From: Octopus sinensis
Lineage: Eukaryota
Direction: 5' to 3'
DNA length: 64,000 nt
Assembly: GCF_006345805.1 (NCBI RefSeq)
Contig: NC_043002.1
Coordinates: forward strand, 9,238,001 to 9,302,000
Part shown: positions 48,040 to 59,530 of the stretch, in pieces
Numbering within the stretch: position 1 is the stretch's first letter
Layout of the letters: each line of letters begins with the position of its first letter
Notes under the pieces: generated by a model
What the model saw: only the letters and a program-made list of their open reading frames with translations
Told to the model about the DNA's origin: nothing
The model's database searches: none
Translations under genes and position numbers: made by a program

Positions 48040-49290
48040 TTACAGCGGACCCCACTCACGATAACCAATGACACAAATGCTAAGGGACTACTTCAGGAAG
48101 TCTTTGTAACACTTCCTTGGTGCTCCCGCCTTGCGGTGGCCAGTGGTGAACTCACCGTACATGATGATCTTGGGTAGGCGGTGGTCTTTCATCCTGTCAA
48201 CATGCCCTGCCCAACGCAGTCATGTCTCAAGTAAAATGGACTCCAGGCTGGTGACCTTTGCTCACTCAAGGACCTAAATGTTGGTATATGGCAGTCCACA
48301 TAGTCACTGGATGCTGGTTGGATGAGCACCATACTGGACTAAAACTCCTAAAGCATGGTGTAAACCCCAAGTCCTACTTTGACCTCCTCATGGTACCACC
48401 TGCATCTAAACCAACAGGAGAGGATGACTGTGGGTGTCTGGCACAGTATAACTAGGCTGCTCTGAGCAGATGGGGCTCATAAGCCATGATTGGCAGCCTG
48501 TCTAGGAGATGAACACTCTGATATAAAACCTATGACCCGAAAACCTCTCTGTCATTATCCTAGCTTGCTGGGCCATGGCAGATGAACCCCAGATGTGAAG
48601 GATGGGGTCAGTTCTGTACAGACTGCATTTCACCTTTGAACTCCATTGTGCAGGCCAAAAGGACCTGTTCATGTCCACGACCATGATCACAACTCTCTAA
48701 GCCCTGTAATGATGAGAAGGGGGTGAAAATGGCAGGTGGAAGATGTCACTGGAAGCCACAGCTTCCAACCTGCATGCAGGCCGTTCGGAACATTGGTCAC
48801 CTGGTGTTGACTTGGTGACAACGACATAACTTGGCAGCATCCCAAACAACCAAGCAGCCTTACCTAGGGAGAGCGCTGCTTGCTCCTATAATGAAGAGGA
48901 GTAAATGAGAGTGTGTGAATGATATGGCTTGAGATGAAATGAACTGGTAGTGATTTATTCTCTGTTATAAAATACAATGATTGCCATACATGAAATAAAA
49001 TAACATAACAAGTTATGAAGATGTGTGAAAGAACTTCATGCATTGTTGATCTAGTAGACAAGGTTGACATATTGTTTGATGGTGTGTAGAGGCAGCTGTT
49101 GGTCTGTTGGTTGTGTGATGTTCATACAGCCATGATGTAGGCAGGCCTCTGGTGGAGATGAAAGTGGAGACTGGCTGGTATCAGAACATCATTGCTAGAG
49201 ACGAGTTGAGTGTGGTCAGTGGTGAGTGCCAAAGTCCTAGAACAGTCAAGAACTGCCTTTCTTATAGAGAACAGTGGACTCCCAGAAGCT
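48040..49290 (-). mobile_element. Fragmented RTE (BovB-like) LINE remnants
   Basis: LRWAGHVDRMKDHRLPKIIMYGE...R..GAP.KCYKD at ~48100-48260, with further decayed segments upstream. Confidence 0.7.
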
Positions 49291-51204
49291 GGTAATTAAT
49301 TTCCTGTGTAAGGCAAAATAAACTGTTGCGCCAAAACGATTGGACAGCTGGAAACTGACCAACACAAACAACAGGTTTGTTTAATCTCGAGGTCATGTAA
49401 CCTGTTGGAATGAAAAGACCCTGTGGAGCTGATATTCGGGTATTTAAGCCTAGATGAGTGAAAACAAAAACATCTCACACAATGACAGTGCAAATCACTT
49501 CTGCTACACTCCACATAAAGAAGGGCCTAGAAAAGGTGGCTTAAAGAAAGCTTGTTTGCTACACACCTAGTTGGCAAACTGTGGTCAACAGGCATCTTTA
49601 AGCAATCGAATACACACAATTACAAAAAGGAAAGACTCCACACACCCTCCAAATATTGCCAACGCTCTGAAGATTGCATGTGGGAACATCAGAAGCATTC
49701 TTGACACAGGCAACAGAAAATGTTACGGTAGAAATTGTATTCACCTCAATAGACGTCATTGATAGGTTGAAATTGCCGAAATGTAAGAAATTAAACAACA
49801 AATAGCTTACAAACTACAGAATTTTCTCAAGAAAGCCAAGAGAAAAAGATGTTTTATGTAACACATTCTACCAGTATACGAAGTTTGAAAGTGTTTAAGT
49901 TACAAAGAAATTAATTTAAAAATCTGCTGGTCAAAGTGAAAAGATCCCACCAATGTATTACAAATAGCTTTCTCCACAGAAAAAACTGCTTTCTGAACTG
50001 GATAGAACAACTGAGACTGGCAACACTTCAAATGCTGTCTCAATGTAGTTTAAATAATCAATTCTAAGAATACAAAGAGCAACAAAAATGTCTACTTGTT
50101 TGTTGTAGAAGGAAAGTAAACTGGCTGGCATCATCATCATCATCATCGTTTAACATCCGCTTTCCATGCTAGCATGGGTTGGACCGGGGTCTGGGAAGCC
50201 AGGAGGCTGCACCAGGCCCAGTCTGATCTGGCAGTGTTACTACAGCTGGATGCCTTTCCTAACGCCAACCACTCCGTGAGTGTAGTGGGTGCTTATTTAC
50301 GTGCCACTGGCACAGGTGCCAGGGGAGGCTGGCAATGGCCATGATTGGTTGGTGCTTTTTACATGCCACTGGCACAGAGGCCAGTTGGGGCAGTGCTGGC
50401 AACGGCCAAGTTCAGACAGTACTTTTACGTGTCACCAGCACAGGTGTCTTAACTACAATTTCCATTGATTTCTTGAGCGATTTTGATTTCACTTGCCTCA
50501 ACAGGTCTTCACAAGCAGAGTTTTGTGTCCCAGCCATAGTTGTCTCCGTTCATTCCTAATTAAAAATGTTTTGACTCATCACTGCATACTGTGTCATCTA
50601 CATCACATACAAACTTTTGTAATTCTTTCATTACAACAGGTGACATTTAAAAATTTTATTTTCAAGTGTTTCTATAGCCTTGTACACTCATGATTTCATT
50701 TTTCACTCTAACTCACAAAGCATAAAAATATTTCCAATCCAGCCCACTGCTAGGGAACTTTGCCAGCCCCTGGTCTTCATGTGGACATAATATATTGGTT
50801 TCAAATTTAGGCACAAAGTCAGCAACTTCAGGTGTTCAACCTGTTCTTATTTTATTGACCCTGAAAGGATGAAAAACAAAGTCAACATCGGTGGAATTCA
50901 AACTGAGAATGCAAGGACAGACAAAATGCTGCTAAGCATCTCACCCAGCATGCTAACGATTCTGCTAGCTCACCACCTTACATGGACATACTCAGCTGTT
51001 TGTCTTATGTCCTTTAGTTACAGTCATATATACTCTCTTAGCAAGCATAATACTCTAAAATACAGCATTGTCATATTCTTCATTTCAACTGACAAGACAA
51101 AAAAATTCTTAGTATCAAAAAAGAACATTGGTACAAATTACCCAATAGAGTTTAAATACAAATAAGTATTAATTTCTTTAACAGAGTATGAATTAGTCCT
51201 TATG

Positions 51205-51525
51205 AGAGCTCAAAATCTCTCGTGGAAGCGTCATCCAACCAAAATATGGGAAACTACCACCTGTATCATCTCTTGTGAAAGGTAGAAGAGTCCAGTTTGC
51301 TGGACATTGTTGTAGAGCTGAAAACGAGGCAATTTCTCATCTTCTCTGGAAGCCATCTACTCGCGATAACAGAGGGCACACACTCTCCTACCCTGATGTA
51401 ATCTCCAGGGATACAGGCATCCAGCAACAGGACCTCCGTAATGCTATGTTGGACCGTGAAGTCTGCGTAGCATGGTAAATTCCATTGTCTCGACCACAGT
51501 CGAACAATGATGATGATGATGATGA
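51205..51525 (+). mobile_element. RTE-clade 3' end (third family) with (GAT)n tail
   Basis: RRVQFAGHCCR...LLWKP...Y.DVI.RDTG...L.NAM.DR..W. Confidence 0.8.
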
Positions 51526-52082
51526 ATAAGCAACCGGGGTAAAATGAATAATTTCTGATTTCTCGTTATTTTCTCCCTGTGTGTTTTAAATCATTATCAT
51601 CATTCTGTTGCATCATATTTAAGAGTAAAAATCGGCCAGCATAGCTGTTACGGTTGAGAGTTTGAAACACACTCAGTCGACAGGTTCTTATTTTGTTAAG
51701 AAAATTTTCCTCAACTTTGACCTGACTATGATTGAAATTGCTAAATTGCTAATCTGGATAATTTTCGACAACTAACATTCTTTTCTCTGTTGGATTCCAA
51801 ATCAATTTCTTCTCACACTAATGTCTAATTTGATCATTTTCAATTGTCTAAAATAAGTTATAAATAATTTCAATAATTTCTTCTCTTTTAACTGCATGAT
51901 GTGTAAATATATCAGGTAGAAAGCCTCTCCAGCAGATTGTGAAGAAAGCTATGAAGAATATTCTATGTTGAGTTTTTAAATTTATCTTTTAATTGTTTCA
52001 GTCATTAGACTGTGACCATGCTGGAGCACCACCTTGAAGAATTTTAGGGAAAATGAATCAACACAAGTACTTTTTTTTTTTT

Positions 52083-52490
52083 GATCTTTTCAGTTTGAAC
52101 GGCAGTTTTTTCTAGTGGTGTCATATGAAATTGTCACCCATAATTATGACCCTAGTATCGATCTATTGCATTTCTATCTGTTTTAGGGTTAGGGTTAGGG
52201 GTGGGGGGAAGGGTATCTTTTTTTCTTCAGAAATGTAAATAAACCCAATCTGTTTCTTAAACGAGGGACATATTCATACGGCGCAGAATGTTTTCACCTC
52301 AATAGACGTCATTGATTGGTTGAAATTGCAGAAAAAAAAACAACAAATATCTTACAAACTATAGAATTTTCTCAATAAAGCCAAGAGAAAAAGATGTTTT
52401 ATAAACACATTCTACCAGTATACGAAGTTTAAAAGTGTTTAGTTACGTGGAAATTATTTTTAAAAACTGCCATTCAAACCGAAAAGATCC
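52083..52490. mobile_element. TIR MITE with TTAGGG tract (duplicate at 53802-54206, fragment at ~49720-49945)
   Basis: GATCTTTTCAGTTTGAACGGCAGTTTTT / AAAAACTGCCATTCAAACCGAAAAGATCC. Confidence 0.85.
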
Positions 52491-52716
52491 TTTTTTTAAG
52501 TACTAGTACTTATTCTATCAGTCTCTTTTGCCCAAGTGCTGGTTACGGAAATGTAAACACACCACCATAGTATATATGCGACGAACTTCTTTCAGTTACT
52601 GTCTGCCAAATTTACTCACAAGGCTTTGGTCGGCCTGAGACTATAGTAGAAGACACATGCCCAAGGTGCCATGCAGAGGGACTGAACCTGGGACCATGAG
52701 GTTGGGAAGCAAACTT

Positions 52717-53484
52717 GGGATCTTTTCACTTTGACTGGCAGATTTTTAAAATAACTTCTATGTAACTAAAAGATTTTAAACTTCATATACTGGTAGAATG
52801 TGTTTATAAAACCTCTTTTTCTCTTGGCTTTATTGAGAAAATTCTGTAGTTTGTAACATATTTGTTGTTTAATTTCTTGCATTTTGGCAATTTCAACCAA
52901 TCAGTGACATCTATTGAGGTGAATTCAATTTCTGCCGTAACATTTTCTGGCGGCATCATATGAAAATGTCCCTGTTTTTTATGAGGAAATAGATACCTTG
53001 TGGCCATAAACTGAGGGGTCACTTGTAAACAGAGCTGGATAACAAAACCGTTCTCTCTTTAGTGTCCACCCATAATTATGACCCTAGTATCGATCTATTT
53101 ATTGCATCTCAATCTGTTTTAGGGTTAGGGTTAAGGTAAGGGTTAGGGGTTTGGGAAGGGTATCTTTTTTTCTTCAGAAATGTAAATAAACCCAATCTGT
53201 TCCTTAAACGAATATATAATATGTAACAGGGACATTTTCATATGACGCCACCATAAAGTGTTACGGCAGAAATTGAATTCACCTCAATAGATGTCACTGA
53301 TTGGTTGAAATTGCCGAAATGCAAGAAATTAAACAACAAATATGTTACAAACTACAGAATTTTCTCAAGAAAGCCAAGAGAAAAAGAGGTTTTATAAACA
53401 CATTCTACCAGTATATGAAGTTTAAAATTTTTTAGTTACATAGAAGTTATTTTAAAAATCTGCCAGTCAAAGTGAAAAGATCCC
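52717..53484. mobile_element. Related long-TIR (~270 bp) element with 6-bp TSD
   Basis: AAACTT|GGGATCTTTTCACTTTGAC...GTCAAAGTGAAAAGATCCC|AAACTT, inserted into a family A SINE. Confidence 0.88.
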
Positions 53485-55185
53485 AAACTTCTTACCACTC
53501 AGCCACACTGAGTTTCTTTAATTTTATATCATGAGCTATTTTCCCCTTCTCTTTCCTTAGACCTAGATATTTAAATTTTTCATTGCATTTCTTATCTTTC
53601 TGATATCTAAAGGTGGATACTGATGTGTAGAAGTCAGTTTCCAAGTGTATGCCCCCAGCTAAATGTGTCCTTCATATGCTCAGAGAACGGTGATAATTTT
53701 CTGAAATATATTATAGTATTTTTAATGCATTTGGAGAAGGTCATTTGCTTGGCTGATGTAGTTTTGTAAGGTATTGAACATTTGTAAAAAAATATATTTT
53801 CGATCTTTTCGGTTTGAACGGCAGTTTTTTCTAGCAGTGTCATAATGAAATTGTCACCCATAATTATGACACTAGTATCGATCTATTGCATTTCAATCTG
53901 TTTTAGGGTTAGGGTTAAGGGTATCTTTTTTTCTTCAGAAATATAAATAAACCCAATCTGTTTCTTAAACGAGGGACATATTCATACGGCACAGAATGTT
54001 TTCACCTCAAATAGACGTCATTGATTGGTTGAAATTGCAGAAATTGAAGAAAAACAACAACAAATATCTTACAAACCATAGAATTTTCTCAATAAAGCCA
54101 AGAGAAAAAGATGTTTTATAAACACATTCTACCAGTATACGAAGTTTAAAATTCTTTAGTTACCTAGCAATTATGTAAAAAACTGCCATTCAAACCGAAA
54201 AGATCCTTTTTTTTTTCAAGTACTAGTACTTAGTCTATCAGTCTCTTTTGCCCAACTGCTGGTTACGGAAACGTAAACACACCACCATAGTATATACACG
54301 ACAAACTTCTTTCAGTTACCGTCTGCCAAATTTACTCACAAAGGCTTTGGTCGGCCTGAGACTATAGTAGAAGACACTTGCCTGAGGTGCTATGCAGAGG
54401 GACTGAACCTGGGACCATGAGATTCGGAACCAAACTCCTTACCACACAGCCACACTGAGTTTCTTTAATTTTATATCATGAGCCATTTTCCCATTCTCTT
54501 TCATTAGACCTAGATATTTAAATTTTTTATTGCATTTCTTATCTTTCTGATATCTAAAGGTGGATACTGTCTGTTTCCAAGTGTATGCCCCAGCTAAATT
54601 TGTCCTTTATATACTCAGAGAACGGTGATAATTTTCTGAAATGTATTACAGTATTTTTAATGCATATGGAGGTCATTTGCTTGGCTGATGTAGTTTTGTA
54701 AGGTATTGAACATTTGTAAAAAAATATATTTCTTCTCAGCCAAAATTGCAGTAAAAACTCATCGTTGTTCCCCTTATCACCACCAAAGGCTTAGATTTGA
54801 CAAAAATTGAAAATGTATCATGTTTATGCCCTTCTCAAGGGCATAACCGCAAGTAAAATGAAATGGCTTCAAGAATACAAACTGATTCACAGTGTCGTCT
54901 GGCGAAGAGTACTTTCAACTCTCACGAATGGAAACTGCCTACGAAGTTTTCTTAATATTATTTTATGAGTAAATTTTTAAAAATTGCTGACTAAACTTTG
55001 ATATGAAGCTTTCATTACTAAATAAGTTACGTAGACAAATAGGGAGTGGCTGTGTGGTAAGTAGCTTGCTTACCAACCACATGCTTCCGGGTTCAGTCCC
55101 ACTGCATGGCAACGTGGGCAAGTATCAAAGCCTTGTGAGTGGACTTGGTAGACGGAAACTGAAAGAAGCCCGTCGTATATATATA

Positions 55186-55352
55186 CTTTATTTTAAAGCA
55201 GCAGAAATATAACAAAAGCTGTTACTCGGAGTTTCACGTTCCCGTTCGTCGGATAGTTTTGTTAATAGTTTTTTAACAAAACTGTCCGACGAACGGGAAC
55301 GGGAAACTCCGAGTAACAGCTTTTGTTATATTTCTGCTGCTTTTAAATAAAG
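55186..55352. repeat. 167-bp near-perfect palindrome made of two divergent hammerhead-like motifs (CCGACGA core)
   Basis: About 80-bp arms with a 6-nt spacer. + arm 55278-55324: AAAACTGT-CCGACGA-ACG-GGAA-CGG-GAAA-C-TCCGA-G-TA-ACAGCTTTT. The - arm 55214-55260 is the mirror copy with a perfect ACG/CGT stem II. Confidence 0.8.
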
Positions 55353-55689
55353 CATATTACTCTACAACTGGTATTTGAGTACTCTTTTTCCCACCTTGTT
55401 TCACAATTATATGCTTACTCCGATATATATATATATATATATATGACGGACTGTTTGTCCTCCCAACATCGCTTGACAACAGATGCTGGTGTATTTATAA
55501 AAAAGATCGATAGAATAAGCACTAGGCTTGCAAAGAGTAAGTCGTGGGATCGATTTGTTCGACTAAAGGCGGTGCTGCAGCATGGCCGCAGTCAAATGAC
55601 TGAAACGAATAAATGTCTTCTCCTTTACAAAATGACTGAAAAGAATAAATGCATATAAGAGAGGGAAAGTATGAATAGATTCCCTCTCG

Positions 55690-55765
55690 TTCCAACCAAT
55701 TAGAACAAAGTTTGAGCGACACGTGACGTTAGAACGTAGGAGATAATTGTTTTAAAATGGCGTAA
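55690..55765 (+). promoter_or_regulatory. Candidate housekeeping promoter/first exon
   Basis: CCAAT (CCAACCAATTAG), E-box/CLEAR-like GACACGTGAC and YY1-type AAAATGGCG clustered within about 70 bp. ATGGC is followed by the donor-like GTAATT. Confidence 0.5.
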
Positions 55766-56008
55766 TTTGTATTGTAATTAGGTCAGATATAAAAATGTGT
55801 TGTAATTTTTTTACAATTATATAAAATACGGAGCGTAAAAATGCATTATATACCATTTGTTTTGATTAAAATAAAATTTCTCTAATATATATATAATATA
55901 GTAGCTATTTCCCAGAAATAATACTTTTATATATATTTGAGCGCTGATAATTTGATAAAATTTAGGATTTATTTGAAGTTAGTAAAATTTTCGTTGTATT
56001 TATTACAG

Positions 56009-56015
56009 AAATAAG
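56009..56015 (+). CDS. Candidate 7-nt microexon (AAATAAG)
   Basis: ttttcgttgtatttattacag|AAATAAG|gtaagt. Joined to ATG GC it reads M-A-N-K. Downstream exons were not identified. Confidence 0.3.
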
Positions 56016-56759
56016 GTAAGTAAAAGTAAGAACTATTTAAACGACTTTCAAACATTATTTCTGTTACTCATTTAACGAACTGGTAGGAATAAGGTAAGCC
56101 ATATCTTCATATTGAGGACAAACTTTTTGCTAATACTTTTCTAAGAAGCAGAAATTTATTTACAATACAATTCAACATCTAGGATCTATTATCTACAAGT
56201 TTCTTTTCAATAAGTTTAAAATGAAATTAAAAATTTTTTTGAAGTTCAAATATCATTTCCGATTGGTTCGTTTCAAGGGCACTGACCTAGTTAACTTTGA
56301 CCTAAAAACAGTAAAAAAAAAAGTCCGTTATAAAGAAAGATTAATTAAGTAATTTATAAATAGTTTTGTTTTAATGATCATGTATATATTTTAAAATTAA
56401 ACTTAGAATTTTATTTTTTTTTTTTAATCTTGCATTAACAATTATAAAAAGGACTAACACCTGTAGGGAAAGAAAATCAACACCCATAATGAAAAAGTTA
56501 GCATTCTGTGCAGAAATGAAACCTGCTTTTGTCAAGCAGAGCTGTTTGGTAGAGAAGAAACGAAATGTTAATAATTATTTGTCTTCTTTTTCTTCGATTA
56601 AAATCAGATTTGACATTCTGTTTTATTTGTTTTATAGCGGAAGAAGTTTACGATGAAATCACATTTGTTCACATATGTAAACTGAATCTTTTAAATCTAG
56701 GCGAAATTTTTTTGTTGTAGTATATATTCAGATATAAAATATCTATATTTGTCTCAGTA

Positions 56760-57034
56760 CTACTTGAGAAGAGTGGTCCCGGTGCGCGCACTCGCGTTAG
56801 CTAGTGCTGACTAGTCGATCCTACAACGACTACCTAGCAAAGTAAATAAAACACAAAATAAATATTTTTTTTACACAAAGTAAATCATTTTTGTTAAACA
56901 AAGTAAATAAAACACAAAAACACAAAGTAAATAATTTTTCTAAACAAAGTAAATAAAATAAAAAAACATTAAGGATCGACTAGTCACGACTAGCAAGTGC
57001 GGATGCGCGCACCGGGACCACTGTTCTCAAGTAG
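56760..57034. mobile_element. TA-flanked MITE
   Basis: TA|CTACTTGAGAAGAGTGGTCCCGGTGCGCGCA...TGCGCGCACCGGGACCACTGTTCTCAAGTAG|TA with internal CAAAGTAAATAA subrepeats. Confidence 0.85.
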
Positions 57035-58444
57035 TACCTTTATATCTATATTTTGTCTATCTATAATTATTTATGAGCACACACGAATGAAAGCATTCTA
57101 AAATTGTCACCTTTTCACATACTTTCTATAATCGAAATACCGAAAATAAAATCTTTCTCATTCATGTCACCACCAATCAGTTAAGGAGTGATTACCGAAT
57201 GTTTTTATACAGTAAATTCTTAAATAAGTGGAATTTCCTTTCCTATATTTCCCATCAAATCCCAACAAAAAAGGAAAATTTCATGTCGCCTTAGAATTCA
57301 TGCCATTTGAGTTACTTCCCTTTGCTCGTATATTTCTCACTGTACACGTAATCGCTTCGAATCTCATTTAAGTGGCTTGCTAGAAATAGCAGCTAAATTT
57401 CCCTTAAGTCATACTGTACCACATCAAAAAGAACAGTAAACTCACTTTGTTTAATGTAGTTGGCTTAGTTTGTAACTGGAGCTCCCAGGCCGAACTGGAG
57501 CTAATTACCAAAACACAGTATTGGATATTCTTAAAGTCATTTGAAAATTTATTTTACTTAACTTCCGTATGTGAAAACAGGTAAACATTTACCTGACAAG
57601 GCTCATTAATAAAACAAAAAACACCCCACCCCACTCAGAAAACTAGTAAAACGTGTTAAAGAGTATATTTTTCACTAATTTATAGAAAGTTAATGGATGA
57701 GTCCCGAAATTATGCCTCACCTGGAGGGTATTGCGTCAAACCGAAACCTAAAGATATAAAACCAATTAAGAAATATTTTTTATAAACGCACCGACTCAGC
57801 TAAGCCTTAAATTATTTGCTTTGCTTTGTAACCCATCCCCAATAATTTTCCTTCAACACTTTTGAGAATTCTCTTACTGTTTTAATTTTATAATTCGATA
57901 TGTGTGTGTGTATGTGTACCGTATTTACTTGAGTATGAATAATTATGTGTATTGCTGTTGAATCCGGGTACAAAATTTTTTCCCTTCATAGTTTTAGTTT
58001 TGCCTCGTGTATAAGTCGCACCTCAGTTTTTAAACTAGTGCGAGTTATACACAAGTCTATGAACATCCGCTTTCCGTGCTTACATGAGTTAGACGGGGCG
58101 CCAGTCTAAGTTTTGCAGAGTTACTGGTGCTTTAGATTGGTCGGCCGACCGTATCTCGTCCGTACTTACACAATGTATTGGGTGCATATTATTAAAATAC
58201 CAGCACTAGATAGGTTCCTTTGACCCAGGTCTCCATTCGCCAATCACTTTACAGAAAACCCTGAATGGATTTTATAATGGGTAAATTTTTACAAGTGCAC
58301 CTGCACACGGTTCGCTAAAAAAAAACCTCGTTTTTTTTTTGCGTGGAATGAAGTAACCTGATCTAATACCCCAAGCCCCTTATTTTAGGAGATGCACTTG
58401 CATAGCAAGTGATTTGATCTGAGATCGGGTTCTGAGACAAAACC

Positions 58445-58660
58445 AATTGCAGCGTGGAAGGTGTTTGTAAGCCATTTAAGAAACACACACAAGCCGTTCA
58501 CTTCAACATTTAAGTTTGATTTGTCAAAATATTGTCAGTGAAGAGGTCGCGGATTTTAGCGACGAAAATATTTTGACAAATTAAACTTAAATGTTGAAGC
58601 GAATCGAACGGCTTTTGTGTGTTTCTTAAATGGCTTACAAACGCCTTCAACGCTACAATT
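58445..58660. repeat. Palindromic repeat with ~90-bp arms (half copy at ~35030-35165)
   Basis: AATTGCAGCGTGGAAGGTGTTTG...AAATATT mirrored by AATATTTTG...CCTTCAACGCTACAATT. Confidence 0.8.
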
Positions 58661-59289
58661 GTTCCCCTTATTTTTGTTCTGAAAATAGATGGGTGGGGAT
58701 ACTCGGAAATCCCCCCTCCCCCTCTTCCTGAAATCATTGGAAAATGGTTTGTTTGTTTTTTTTCTTGGATAAATTAATATGCCACAAAAGACTTTTTGTC
58801 CGGAAAACATGGAGCAGGGGAGGGCGGAATTCAGAAAATTCACACACCCCCCCCAATTCAGCGGGGATTTTCTTTCGCGGTTTTTCGTGTGCAATGAACT
58901 ATGCTGACCAAATACACCGAAAAGGAGTGCGGGGGTTGATGGATCTTATATATTCCTAGAACTGAAACAGATAAAAGATGTGATATGTAAGAAAGAAAAA
59001 AAACATTTAACAACAGAAAAGTATAATATTAAAACAAAATAGCTTTTTCAAATCTCTATAAATCAGTAATCCAGGCTGCAAAGTGTTTCAGAAAAAGTAA
59101 AATCACTTTAGTTAAGTTTTCCCTCCAAAATTAGTTTCATTTTTGCCTGGGTAGGTTGAAGAATGAATTTTCTTAATACAAAGGAGCTATTAAAATATAT
59201 ATATATCTTAGAGGGGTACATATAATTGGGCTGACTCTTGAAAAAAAATTGTGGAGTAATAAGGTTTAATCCCACTCTAACGAAATAGA

Positions 59290-59530
59290 TAAATATCTGG
59301 CCAGGTGTTCATGCAAATATTTTAACTGAATACCTGGCCTTTTTTCTCCATTCTTTTATGTCCCTCTACAAACATTCAATAATTTATCTGTCTATGTGTG
59401 TGATCAATAAAACTTTCGGAATGGTTTATCACGTAATGGTGATAGCCCAAACTGCTTAAATTCTTGTAGGTAGCCAAAGAATCGCTATAAATAACTGAGC
59501 CAGGTTTGATATATGACTGGATTGGAATCA
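59290..59530 (-). mobile_element. Merlin (IS1595-like) transposase fragment
   Basis: IKPGSVIYSD...YKNL..LGY.H..INHS..FID. Confidence 0.85.

Noticed and set aside
52180-52210. Interstitial telomere
   Set aside because: Only 2-3 TTAGGG units, always at the same position inside a MITE family.
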